A stretch of DNA of 64,000 bases, taken from Centroscyllium fabricii (lineage: Eukaryota). Positions 12,014 through 23,066 of this stretch are shown here, one piece after another. Numbering within the stretch: the stretch's first letter is position 1; each line of letters opens with the position of its first letter. The position numbers and the translations under genes were made by a program. The stretch covers positions 156,054,001-156,118,000 of the forward strand of contig JBNRSN020000006.1 of NCBI GenBank assembly GCA_051313645.2, written 5' to 3'. Below the pieces are notes generated by a model. The model made no database searches. It saw only the letters and a list, made by a program, of their open reading frames with translations, and was not told where the DNA came from.

Positions 12014-13314
12014 GGGGGGAAAAATTGGGTCGCGCCACCCTTGGGGCGCTAACTTTTCCGGGGGCGCTAAAAGTAGCACCCCGCCGAATTTAGCACCCCC
12101 GTGCCAGAAATTGAATGGTAGTGTCCCAGGCAGGAGGCAGGGTGCTACTGGAAGTGCTCCCCCTCCCTCTTGGATCGCTCCCATGGAATATCGGGGCGCT
12201 AGGTGCAGCAGCACCATGCGCATCGACACAGCATGTACCTTCTTCTTAGGCAGTCCCTTGGAACCGAGGCTGACTTGCTTCCACATTAAAAATGAGTTCT
12301 CGGGTGACTGATGAGTCCAATGCGGGACCTACAGTTTCTGTCACAGGTGGGGCAGACGGTGGTTGAAGGGATGGGTGGGTGGGGCTCTTGGGTTGACATG
12401 TGCTCCTTGCGCTGCCTACACTTGGCTTCCACTTGCTCCTGCCGAAGAGACTCGAGGTGTTCGGCACCTTCCCGGGTGCTTCTCCTCCACTTTGTGCGAT
12501 CTTAGGCCAGGGATTCCCAGGTGTCGGTTGGGTTGTTGTACTTTTTCAAGGAGGCTTTGAGGGTGTCCTTGAAACATTTCCTCTGCCCGCCTGGGGCTCT
12601 CTTGCCGTGTCAGAGCTCCGAGTAGAGCACTTGTTTTGCGAGTCTCGTTATCGGGCATGCGGACGATGTGACACGTCCATCGGCGCTAATCGAGCGTGGG
12701 CAAAGCTTCGATGCTGGGGATGTTGGCCTGGCGAGAACACTGACATTGGTGTGCCTATCCTGCCAATGGATTTGCCGGATCTTATGGAAGCAGCATTGGT
12801 GGTACCTCTCCAGTGCTTTGAGATGCCTGCTGTACATGGTCCATGGCTCTTGAGGCATATAGCAGGGCAGGTATCACTGCTGCTCTGTAGACAATGAGCT
12901 TAGTTACCAGGGCACCGCTGGTCCACTGGGGTGTAGGGTGCCAGCAAAAGAGCCCGTCACTCAAGAGGAGTGCTGGGCTGACCGATCGCGGCCGGCACCT
13001 CGCAGGACGAGGTGAAAGAGAGCAGGTGCTGGCAGGCGGCGCAAAAAAAGGGACAACTGGCGGCCAGAAACACGGCATCCTGACCCTGACGAACATAGAG
13101 TCTGGCGATAAATCAGGGGGCGCAAGCGAAGTTTGCGAGCGGGGTGCTGCGTATGGTGATGATTTCATCGCCGGAGGTGCAGCGCCATGGGACACTACCG
13201 GCTACCGCCGCTGCTAACCTCCTACTGAATTTCACGGGAGGTGCTAGCGGTGCCCCTCCCGGGCGCTAGGTGCTTTGGGGCGCTCACTGGAGAAAAAAGC
13301 AATGCAATTTCCCG
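12014..13314. mobile_element. Harbinger-type MITE interrupted by an RTE LINE
   Basis: GGGGGGAAAAATTGGG start and AATTTCCCG end; homologous to 6860-7521 on both sides of the insert. Confidence 0.75.
12238..12910 (-). mobile_element. RTE-clade LINE 3' fragment
   Basis: Frameshifted VYRAAVIPALLYAS.. WTMYSRHLKALERYHQCC.. IHWQDRHTNVSVL.. KQVLYSEL typical of the RTE ORF C-terminus; short (AAG)n tail. Confidence 0.82.
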
Positions 13315-13623
13315 AGATATTTGAGCTATCCATATAGACTATTATTTTAGCACCAATTCATCTTTATATATCAACATATGGAGAGAAAAAAATCAATATT
13401 TCAGAGTTCAAATCAATGCTGACAGTTTTCCAGTGTCAGGACTAAAGCATCAAATTCCCAGTGCTGATGGGGATGATAATATCAATACATCAAGAGCCAT
13501 GTCAGTGTCGACAGAATGTTGTACTTAAATACTATAAATGACACCTGTATGGATCAATATCAAGCTTGATAGGTTCACACTTCAGACTCCTCATGATTAC
13601 CTCAAGCAGAAGACATGTACAGT

Positions 13624-14523
13624 GACGGGAATTTTTAAATAGCTGTGGGAAGCTGGCGGCTTTTGGGCGGGTCAGTTTTCTGTCCCGCCCGCCCATGGAC
13701 CTGGGAGGCCTGAGCGATTTTGGCTCAAGTGGGCAATTAAATCCTCACCGAACTGTCGGGCTTCCAATATACACTAATAGGCGGGAGCAAAGCCCTTTAC
13801 ATTCACAGTTTGAGTTGGGCAGGCTGTTGCTTGACAGGCTTGAGTAGTAAGAACTCACTAAGCTTGATTGACAGATCTGAAGTGTTGCCTTTGTTCCTAT
13901 GTTTACATAGCTGTGTGAGTCAGACTTTGAAAGAACCACTTGAAACCACGAAACAAACAGTTGAAGTGAGTCATGTTTGTTTGTGGTTTCAATGGAATGT
14001 AAACAGAAACTAATCCCCTGGGTGATTGACAGCTTGCTTCACAGACACAGTGCTGCAGCGCAATGTCTGTTAAACAGGAGCGATATGAAGGTGAGTGATT
14101 TCAAGGTTTTGGGCTCTGAAGTTTCTCACCCTTGGGTGGCAGCTGCACCTCCAGCATGGTGGAGGCTATCAAGCTGCTGTGTTGGTGCTTTACCCATGTC
14201 TTGAAGGTGGTAGACACCCAGCCGCCTGGGTTCCCACCACCTTTTTCACGGCGGGTTTTCACCTGGCGGGTTTTGGGTGGGAAGAGGGCTAAAATAGCTG
14301 AGGGCCCTTAAAATAGGATTAGCCATCCAATTAAGGGCCGTCAACGACCACAATCATTATCCCCGCCGGTGGCGGGCGGGAAACGTGCGGGGCGGCAAAA
14401 CCTGCCCGCCGAAACTCTCAAATGGGCGGGGATCCGGCGGGATGCCTTCCCGCCTGCCGGATTGGAATTTTTGAAACTGACCCGCCAGAAACCCACACTC
14501 AGAGACCTCCTAAAATCACCCCC
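13624..14523. mobile_element. Harbinger-type MITE
   Basis: GACGGGAATTTTTA...TAAAATCACCCCC termini, exact TSD AGT; right subterminal region resembles 20140-20419. Confidence 0.8.
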
Positions 14524-15163
14524 AGTGTGTGAGAATCTGACTACAACCAGTTTAGATAATTTATATAGGTCTATTTTGCTACAAGATGTGTATGGGACTG
14601 AGTTGTGTGAATAAAATAGAAAAATTCATAAAAGAAAATTAAGAGGTCTACAATAGTAACTGTTTCTGCCAGGATAGAAAGGCAGCAACGGGTCGACCAC
14701 CCATTTTACATCCTGCCTGATTTTCCTTTCCATTGGCAGTTAAAATCGAGTCCTAGATTTCTTCAGAGCTCCGCTGATGACACAATGGGATTATTTTGAT
14801 TTTGTGCGATAGTGTAAAGCAGGTGATAGCAAATCGGCAGCCTGTTTCACATCTCTCCTGATTTTTATTTTGATTGACTTCAATGGAAAGAAAAATCGGG
14901 AGAGATTCTGGCCGGAATTTTCCCAGAATGGCGGGGAACTGGCGGGGATTGGTCGGGGCGGGTTTTTGTCCCGCCCGATAAAGTGCTTGCGTTTCCCACG
15001 AGATTTTAGTCTAAGTACCCAATTAATTCCCTGCCTGTGGGAAGCCTTCTCAATCACCGATTTCCAGTCAGAAAGTCGCACCGTATGACGTCAGAATTCG
15101 GGTTCCTTTTAATGAACACAGCTCGCCTCCCGCACTGCTCAGCATTCTACAACCTTCAGTAGG

Positions 15164-17180
15164 ATGGCAGAGCGTGAGGGTGCTGCATCGGGCAGTGCGA
15201 GGGGACGACCCGCCCCAAATTTGATGACGCCTCCCTCGACGCATTACTCGAGGGGGCAACGACCAATAGGGAGGTTCTCTTCCCCTCCTCAGGGAGGAAG
15301 AGACCTCCCTCACAGACCAAGGCTGCATGGCAGCAGGTGGCTGAGGGGGTCAGCTCCTTGGGCACAACACCCCGGTCCTGGCTCCAGTGTCGCAAGAGAT
15401 TGCATGACCTTCATCGCACTGCGAAAGTAAGTATTCATTTCCCCTCACCCTCAATCTCATCCCCCTCACCTCTCCTCACCACAACTTATCTTCACCACTC
15501 CCTTCCTGCACATCCCACTTGCCCATCACATCCAAGCAACCTTACCCATTCCCTCTCTATCTATGCTCACACTCACAGTCCTTTCCCTCCATTCAGCCCT
15601 CACACTCCCTCTCACTCTCATGCTTGCAGCACATCTGGCACCACACAGGGAGAGCCTTTGGTCTTGCAGGCTCACTGCATCTTTGTCACCCTACAAGAAA
15701 CTTTGCTGGTCACTCACTGCACCAACTCCTTCCTTCTCACTCAACCTCCACTTCTCTCCCTCAATGCAGGAAAAGACAGCCGCCAACAAGCGGCACAGCG
15801 CCGGGACCGGAGGAGGACCCCCCACCATCCAGCAGCTCACCACCTGGGAGGAGGCTGTTCTAGACCTCGTTGGGGAGGGGCAAGCCCCGGGAGTGGGTGA
15901 CGGCGAGGCAGGCATGCAATCTCAAGCTGGTGACAGCATGGTTTCATTTTTTCTCTAAGAACTAACACATGAGACTGGCACAATGAATGTAAAAGCACTG
16001 CAGAGGCAGCTCTGCTCAGCTCCTGAATGTTATCTGTATGTAACCTTGCTGACATATCTCTAACCTCTGCCTTTACTGCCCCACAGGCCCATCTGCAGCT
16101 GGACGGCCAAGCAGAGCTGAGGATGAGGCCGCCCCTGTTCAGACCTCAGAGGAACCTGCCACCTCTGAGGGTGCACCGTCAGCACCACAGACTCCACCCG
16201 GCACCAGCGCAGACACTAGCACCTCGGTGGGCCCCCCTAGAGCGACATCTGACTTGTCACCGGGTGATTCACACAACACAAGTGAGCCTCAGCAGATTGT
16301 GGAGACAGGGACAGCATTGCAGAGTTCTAGTCAGAGGGCGCAGGACTCTGCCAGCTTAGCTAAGCTGCATGTTGACCCAGCGCCTTTGGATCCATCAGGC
16401 AGACGACACATGATGGGACTCCAGACACAGATGCAGGCGTCTCTGACAGGTTTTGTCTCCCAGGTAGCTGCGAGTGTCATGCGAATGGAGGAGTCTGTCG
16501 CAAGCATGAGAAGCTCCTTTGCGGAGTCAGTGGCGCATGATCGCATCACCATGGAAAGGATGACAACCACCATGGAAAGGATAGCGACCGTGGAGGAGAG
16601 GATGGCCACGGCCATCGAGCACATAAGTCGCCAGTCTTTCGAAGACATGGGCACTGTCCAGAATAGATTCACATCTCTTGAGCAGCGAGTGGCATCTATT
16701 GAGCAGAGGAACCAGACCTTCATGGAAGTCCCTCTCAGTAGGACTTCCACTGCAGAAACGGGTCCCCATGGCCCCCCTGAAGTGCAGCAAGGTGCTGTCC
16801 AGCCACTTGCTGGCGCTGAGGGGGAGGTGACCCATGAGAGGGAGGTTGGTGGTGCAGCTGAAGGAAGTGGGGGCTCCTCTCCAAACGCTCCCACGTCCAC
16901 ACCACTGCAGAGCCCTCAGTCAGAGGCCCGCCAGAGTCCCCATGCACCTGAGATAGAAGTCTCATACCCTGCCCAGCCGCAGGAGCAGCAGACTGGTAGC
17001 GAGCCCCCACAGGCTCGCCGCCCCAGAGGACGACCGCCAAAGGTGTCCACACAGGAGCAGCAGGGCACTCAGCAGGGGGCCTCCACATCTGCTGACACCA
17101 TAGGAGCACTCGCAAAAGAAAACTTAAGCACCTTTAGGCACAACGGGAGTCACTTGGGTGTTAGTGTAACAGACATTTAG
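15164..17180 (+). pseudogene. Harbinger Myb/SANT-like DNA-binding protein gene, 3 exons (15164-15426, 15770-15929, 16087-17180), with a 1-bp frameshift in exon 1
   Basis: Restored exon 1 reads APKFDDASLDALLEG..REVLFP..KAAWQQVAEGVSSLGTTPRSWLQCRKRLHDL (Myb/SANT-like). Donor GTAAGT at 15427. Exon 2 reads EKTAANKRHSAGTGGGPP..LTTWEEAVL. A phase-1 junction joins in frame to the 317-aa ORF with MERM heptads. The C-run near 15212 is one base shorter than in copy 2. Confidence 0.82.
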
Positions 17181-18593
17181 GTGTCCATAGCAGTGGTCAG
17201 ACAGCAGACCACTGCAGGTGCCACCTGATGCAGTTGTCATGTCTGACATCTTGCGAATGGCCCTTCCACATTGAAACCTTATGCAGGCTGGACAGCAATC
17301 GGGCAGGCCTCACAGATATGATAGGATGCAGACGCAACATGGCACAAGGACTTACAGCAAGATGCATGAGGTTCAATAACAGACTGCAGCTCAATGGTTA
17401 AGAGTGAAGGTCCTTGAAATCGGTCTACCTTCATGGTGACGCACACCAGTGACCAAAGGGACTGTATGAACAATGTGTGGTCCAAACGATGACCAGGTTA
17501 TCTGAACAAACCACCTGATGTTTTCGCAACACCAGCAAACACGCCTCAGGGCTGAACTTTAACAGGAACAAAACTTTAAAAGGATGGAGGTGGGCAAAGA
17601 AAAGATGGTCCAACTGGCCAAAGTACCCACGCATCCAACATCATCTGGCTGCAGCTGGCCCCTCACAGCACCTGACCCTGATGGAATGGCCAAGGAGCCA
17701 TGGTGCTAGCATACCTCAGCTCTCACACATCAAACAAGATCAGGTGGGTGAAGACCCACCAGACATTGTCCCTCACCGCCCTCCACAGCTCCTGCCTCAT
17801 GTCTGGGTGCACTGCCCTGAAGCACCTCCACGACATTTGGAAACACATCAGCCCCACCCGCATAAAGAAACCCGACAGCGCCTGCATAATTTTTCTATAC
17901 ATGGCTGATGTTGTTCTCCGTTTTTCAAATGAAGGCGTTGACAACCTCCGGGGGTTGTCCATTTCAATTGGCTGATCAGGGACCCCGATTTCACTGTGAC
18001 CCCCACAGCAGAATCAATGGTTTGTCAGAATATGTGTCACTGTTGAAAAGGGAGGGGCACCACGTGAGAGGGGGGTAACATGATTGACAATGGATATGAA
18101 CTTGCAAGCTCAAAACTGGACTGGCTGAGGTTCAGCATTGCTGATAATGGCATTTTGACCGTTTCAACCTGCATGTCTGCAGCTGAGATGCCTGGGACAG
18201 CATTAATGCAGTGATTCATAAGTGCTGGTCATCAGTTGAACAACCATGCATGTGGCCATGTTTGCTTAATGTCATTACTAAACAGCATGTTGCAGTTGCA
18301 ACCTTTATTGTTTCTGTGTTCATTACTGCATGTGATGGATGGATGGATGTTTGGATGGGACCATGTGCATCAAAGAAATGTGTGGTGCGTCAGGGGCGTG
18401 GGTGCATGCGCGAGTGCAGAAAGCAGTCACAGGCACTTGGCAGCCCCAGAAGCACACACCCCCAACCACCCCCCACACAGATGTCGTTACAGTAGTGGGA
18501 CTCATGCAGGTATGAGCTGTGGAACTGATTGGAGTGTGTCAGTGAGGATGCGCTGTTAGGATGAGGAGAGTAGCACAAGCTAGCTTGAGTAGG

Positions 18594-18719
18594 CTAAGAA
18601 AATCTTGCAAGGATGAGCTCCATCCTGCCTTGCCGGCCAGCAACGTTCACGTGTAATGGTGGTGCTGGCTGGGGTCGAGCGGCAGCAACCCCGTCCTCAT
18701 CCTCCTCTTCCTCCTTCTT

Positions 18720-18752
<33 letters not shown>

Positions 18753-19890
18753 CTCTTCCTCTTCCTCCTCCTCCTCATCTGAGGACGGTATGCGAGGAGG
18801 CAGGTCTTGGTCAGGAGGTTGCAAGACACGGCGCTGTGCCATGTTGTGAAGTTGACAGCAAACCACTACCATTCTGGAGACCCTGGCTGAGGTGTATTGC
18901 AGGGCTCTACCTGATCTATCCAAGCATCTGAAACGCATCTTGTGCTCTATAATGCTTCTGGTGGAGATATGTGTGGAGTTGTCGTTCTCCTCAGCCTCAT
19001 TGGCTGGCCTCCTGACCGACGTCATGAGCCAAGTCCTGAGGGGATAGCCCTTGTCTCCAAGTAGCCACCCCGGAAGCTGGTCCGGCGGTGTGAAGAGCGT
19101 AGGCAAGGTTGATTGGCGCAGGACAAAGGAGTCATGGCAGCAGCCAGGGTACCTGGCACACACATGCAAAATCTCCTTGTTGTGGTCACACACCAGTTGA
19201 ACATTGAGTGAATGGAAGTCCTTGCGGTTGAGAAAAGCTACTGGGTTGTCGTTGGGTGCCCTAAGGGCCACATGTGTGCAGTCAATGATGCCCTGTACCC
19301 TTGGGAAGCCTGCCAGATGAGCATTTCAAATCGCTCGGGCCCTCACACTTGCGCGATCCATGGTAAAATGGATGAAATTGTGGGCACGGGCAAAGAGGGC
19401 ATCGGTTACCTGGGTGATGCAGGATTGTGCGGCCGACTGGGAGATTCCGCTGATGTCGGCTGCTGATCCCTGGAATGAGCCCGAGGCAAAGAAGTTGAGT
19501 GCGGTGGTGACTTTGAGGGCCACTGGTAAGGCATGTCTACCTGGTATCCTGGGCTCCAGCTCTTGCTGCAGCATGGTGCAGATGTCTGTGACTGCCTCTC
19601 GGGAAAGTCGGAGTCGCCTTTTGCACCGCCGCTCACTCATGTTGAGGTAGGTGGCTTGGACTCTGTAGACCCTGTTTGGGGGGTATCTTCTGCAGCAACG
19701 GCCTTCGATGCACCGATGCCTTCTGGCCCATGCTGCCCCCGGAGGGTCCGCAGGAGCGTCAGGCTCCTGGTGTGGCTGCTGCTGGTGAGGTGGCTCCTGG
19801 TGTGGCTGCTGCTGTTGCTGCTGTAGCCGCATCTGCTCCTGGTAGAGATCATGTAATCTCAAGAAGGGAAGGAAGAAAATGGCTCCTGTG
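18594..19890 (-). pseudogene. Harbinger (HARBI1-like) DDE transposase, inactivated
   Basis: Motifs [73 protein letters not shown], acidic tail. In-frame TGA at 19326-19328. The ATG seen in copy 2 is ACA here. Apparent short deletion between IEH and KMRF. Confidence 0.93.
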
Positions 19891-20499
19891 GCTGTGCTGG
19901 CAGCCTCGGCTGAGGAAGCACTGACTGAGGGGGGGAAGTGAGAGGGCTTTCCCAGGTCACACTGCAGAAGTGTTTGAGGATGCAACCTTCCACAGGTGTG
20001 CTGAAGCCTGTTGCAAGTATCCCCAGGACTGAGACAACAATGTGGTTGTGGAAGCGAATGATGGCTGATTAAATGTGAGCCTTCATTGAGTGACCGGACA
20101 CAGATACTCAGCAGTCCGAGAGAGTTCACACAAGGGTTTCACCTGACGGGGTTTAGCTTGGCGGGTTTTGTGCATGAAACACCTGAAAATTGCTAAGGGC
20201 CCTTAAAATGGGATTACAGATGCCAATTAAGGGCCCTTAACGACCTTAACAAGCATCCCCGCCGGGCGTCGGCGGGAAAGATTCGGGGCGGGGAAAAAGG
20301 CCGGCCAAAAATTCAAACCCGGCGGGGAATGGGCGGGCTTGGGCGGGAAGCAAAATTTTCTCATTTTCATCTCACGCCCGCCCAAAACCCCGCCTGACGG
20401 GGACATGAAAATTCCCCCCAGTAAGTGGGCTGCTGATTCACTATCCCTCGTTTTACACTATCAAAATCACCCTGTGAGCCTCGCCAATGAATAAATAAG

Positions 20500-20740
20500 G
20501 AATACACAATTGAAAGTCCCAGGTTCAATTCCTGGTTTGTGCTGAGTTTGCTGATGTCAGTCAGGGTGCCAGTTGGAATGCTAGTGTTGGCCTCAGTGCC
20601 TCTCGGTTAAGGAACATAAATCAGCTACGGTCCCTGCTTCTGATCACTTTCCAGAGCCCCCTGGTGGAACTGCATGTGTAGATATTGGGTGAAAATGGGA
20701 ACAGATTTAGCTGTGGTGCTTCCCATAGAGGAATCTACAA
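20500..20740 (+). mobile_element. Old tRNA-type SINE fragment (related pieces on minus strand at about 31000-31290 and 50660-51070)
   Basis: Box B-like CCAGGTTCAATTCC; the related copies show box A-like TGGTTCAGTGGGTAAATGC. Confidence 0.4.
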
Positions 20741-21302
20741 GCAATGAAACCAGCCTAAATATAGACAAAACAGGAAAAGAAAGCATAGGAATGAGTAAAG
20801 TAAGGGAGGACATTGATGGCAAGGGAACAAATAGAGTTATAGAACAAGAGTGTAAAAAGATGGTTAAAATAAAGTGCAAGGAACTGCTGTTAAAAATGAG
20901 TTAAACTCTCTGTACAGCAATGCACGCATTGTCCGTTATAACACACGGGAGCTGGAGGCAACCATGCGTTGCAAGGAACCAGACACAGTAGGGATTACTG
21001 AGACATGGCTACAGAAAAGTCAGGATTGGGAATTAAACATTGTAGGTTATAAAGTATTTAGAAAAGATAGAGAGGGAAGAAGGGGAGGTGGAGTAGCTGT
21101 ACTTATTAGGGATAACATAATGGCAGTAGAAAAAAGTGACGCAGCTATCAGCAAAACAGAAATAGAATTTATGTGGATAGTGATGTAAAGATAATAAAGG
21201 ATCAATCACAGTGAACAGGGGTAGCCTACAGACCACCTAATATTGGAAGGGAGGTGGAGGAAGAAATATGCAAACAAATTAGGGAAATGAGTAAAAGACA
21301 GA

Positions 21303-22350
21303 GGGCTAGAAATTCAGTTTGTTAGCGCCTCCCATTACGACCTGGCAAGGACGCAAATGGGTTAGCGCCCGGGTGCAGCGAATGCAGCAACGCCCGCGAA
21401 CTGCAATGCCAGTTTAGCGCTGGCGCTAAGTCTTAGCGCCTGGGCCTCTAGCACCTCGCAGATCATAATGTCATAAATTGTGCAGCGCCCCATTATCACC
21501 TCGGATGGAAAATTCACACGCGCCCCCTGCTTTATCACCTCGCGCTGACAACGCCAGCAAGAGGAGGCATTGTGAACTCGGCTGGCCGCTTCGGGAGAGG
21601 TAATTATAGGAAATGCCTTTCAGTTTGCGCAACCTTTATTATTTGTACCAGTCTGGTGCCTGCGCAAAGTTTTTAATTTTTCATTGATGCGAGATGTCCA
21701 AGCCCTCCACTTTGTGAGAGTGTTTGGGGCTGTAGTCGCATTGCAAAACAGAACTGACGAAAACTAGTTTGTGCAGCATCATTGGCCCTTCCCTTCAAGC
21801 GAGGGAAGCAGCCTCTGTGATGAAAGAGTGCTGTTTACAATGCGCTCGACATTGTTTAGCGCTCTGCCACTGATGGACCGCTCTTGGACTTTAGCATTCT
21901 AAGAAAAGTGTTTAGTGCTTGATTTAGTGTGCCACTTCCCTCTTGGAGCGCTAAAGCTGAATTTTGCGGAAGGCGAGAATGATTAGTGCCTGGCATTAAT
22001 TTTTCAACTTTATGGGGGAAGAATTGGGTTGGTTTGTGCCTCTCGTTAGTGGCATAGGCTGTGGCCACCATCGCGCAGCCAGCCACCACATCCCAGTACC
22101 GGGCTGCGGCTATGGCACCATGCTGCCCTGGTGGGCAAGTGCAGGCTGTCAAACGACCTGCAGAGTGCGCAGCTTCCCTCCCCTTTAATGGAAGGGATGG
22201 GGCGTTGAAATGCATCAGCACTATACGGAGCAGCTGCATAGTGCTCCAGTGCTACCACGCTTCGCGCCCCAGTCACCAGCCCGAGAGGAAGTGGAGTGCC
22301 CAAGATAGCGCTCTGCTTCCATGCTGCGATGGTAAGCACAATTTAGAGGC
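21303..22350. mobile_element. GC-rich MITE-like DNA transposon
   Basis: GGGCTAGAAATT...AATTTAGAGGCC termini; repeated (T)AGCGCC motifs as in the other MITEs. Confidence 0.6.
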
Positions 22351-22439
22351 CGGGGTGGTACTCTGAGGTGTGATGTTGGACAGTTGGAAAGATTACATTG
22401 TTCTCTCCCTCTATATATGCTGTGTTTAAATGAATCTCT

Positions 22440-22571
22440 TTTACATACACCTGATGAAGGAGCTATGCTCCGAAAGCTTGTGATTTCACATAAAACTGTT
22501 GGACTATAACCTGGTGTTGTGTGACTTCTTACAATTGTCCACCCCAGTCCAACACCGGCACCTGCACATCA
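22440..22571 (+). mobile_element. Penelope-like element terminal fragment
   Basis: Near-identical to the reverse complement of 44166-44290, which lies downstream of a GIY-YIG ORF. Confidence 0.8.
22448..22482 (+). ncRNA. Minimal type I hammerhead ribozyme motif
   Basis: CAC-CTGATGA-A-GGAGC(TAT)GCTCC-GAAA-GCTT-GTG: conserved core, 5-bp stem II, CAC/GTG stem I, palindromic AAGCTT stem III. Confidence 0.75.
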
Positions 22572-22749
22572 TTAAGTACATGGGCAGCAAGGGAGAGCAT
22601 GACAAGAGAGAATACGAAGAGATTAGGAGAAATTTTTTAAAAAACAATTAGGAAGGCAAAGAGGAAATATAAAATTAAAGTATCAAGGAACATAAAACAA
22701 AATAGTAAAAGATTTTACAGGCATGTAAATAAAAACAGGAAGGTCAGGA

Positions 22750-23066
22750 GGGCGGCACGGTGGCATAGTGGTTAGCACTGTTGCCTCACAGCGCTAGGGG
22801 CCCGAGTGCAAATCCGGCCTCGGGTACTATCTGTGTGGAGTTTGCACATTCTCCCCGTGTCTTTGTGGGTTTCCTCCGGGTGCTCCGGTTTCCTTCCACA
22901 ATCCAAAGATGTGCGGGTTAGGTTGATTGGCCAGGATAAATTGACCCTTAGTGTTAGGGGGATTAAATATGTGGGGTTACGGGGATAGGGTGGGATATGT
23001 GTCGGTGCAGGCTCGATGGGCCGAAATGGCCTCTATCTGCACTGTAGGGATTCTATGATTCTATGA
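22750..23066 (+). mobile_element. V-SINE (HE1-like) with short (TTCTATGA)n tail
   Basis: Same head and V-domain as 3962; tail matches the CR1 family ending at 46083. Confidence 0.88.

Larger units (their letters stand above)
14910..20419. mobile_element. Near full-length PIF/Harbinger DNA transposon (convergent Myb/SANT gene and DDE transposase), inserted in a small palindromic MITE (about 14787-20472)
   Basis: TIRs GGCCGGAATTTTC / GAAAATTCCCCCC; two convergent genes; flanks 14787-14909 and 20420-20472 are the two arms of one short inverted-repeat element; TSD degenerate (TCT/AGT). Confidence 0.92.

Noticed and set aside
18594-20129. Domesticated host HARBI1 gene
   Set aside because: Enclosed by TIRs, paired with a Myb gene, carries disabling mutations, and has a second copy 20 kb away.
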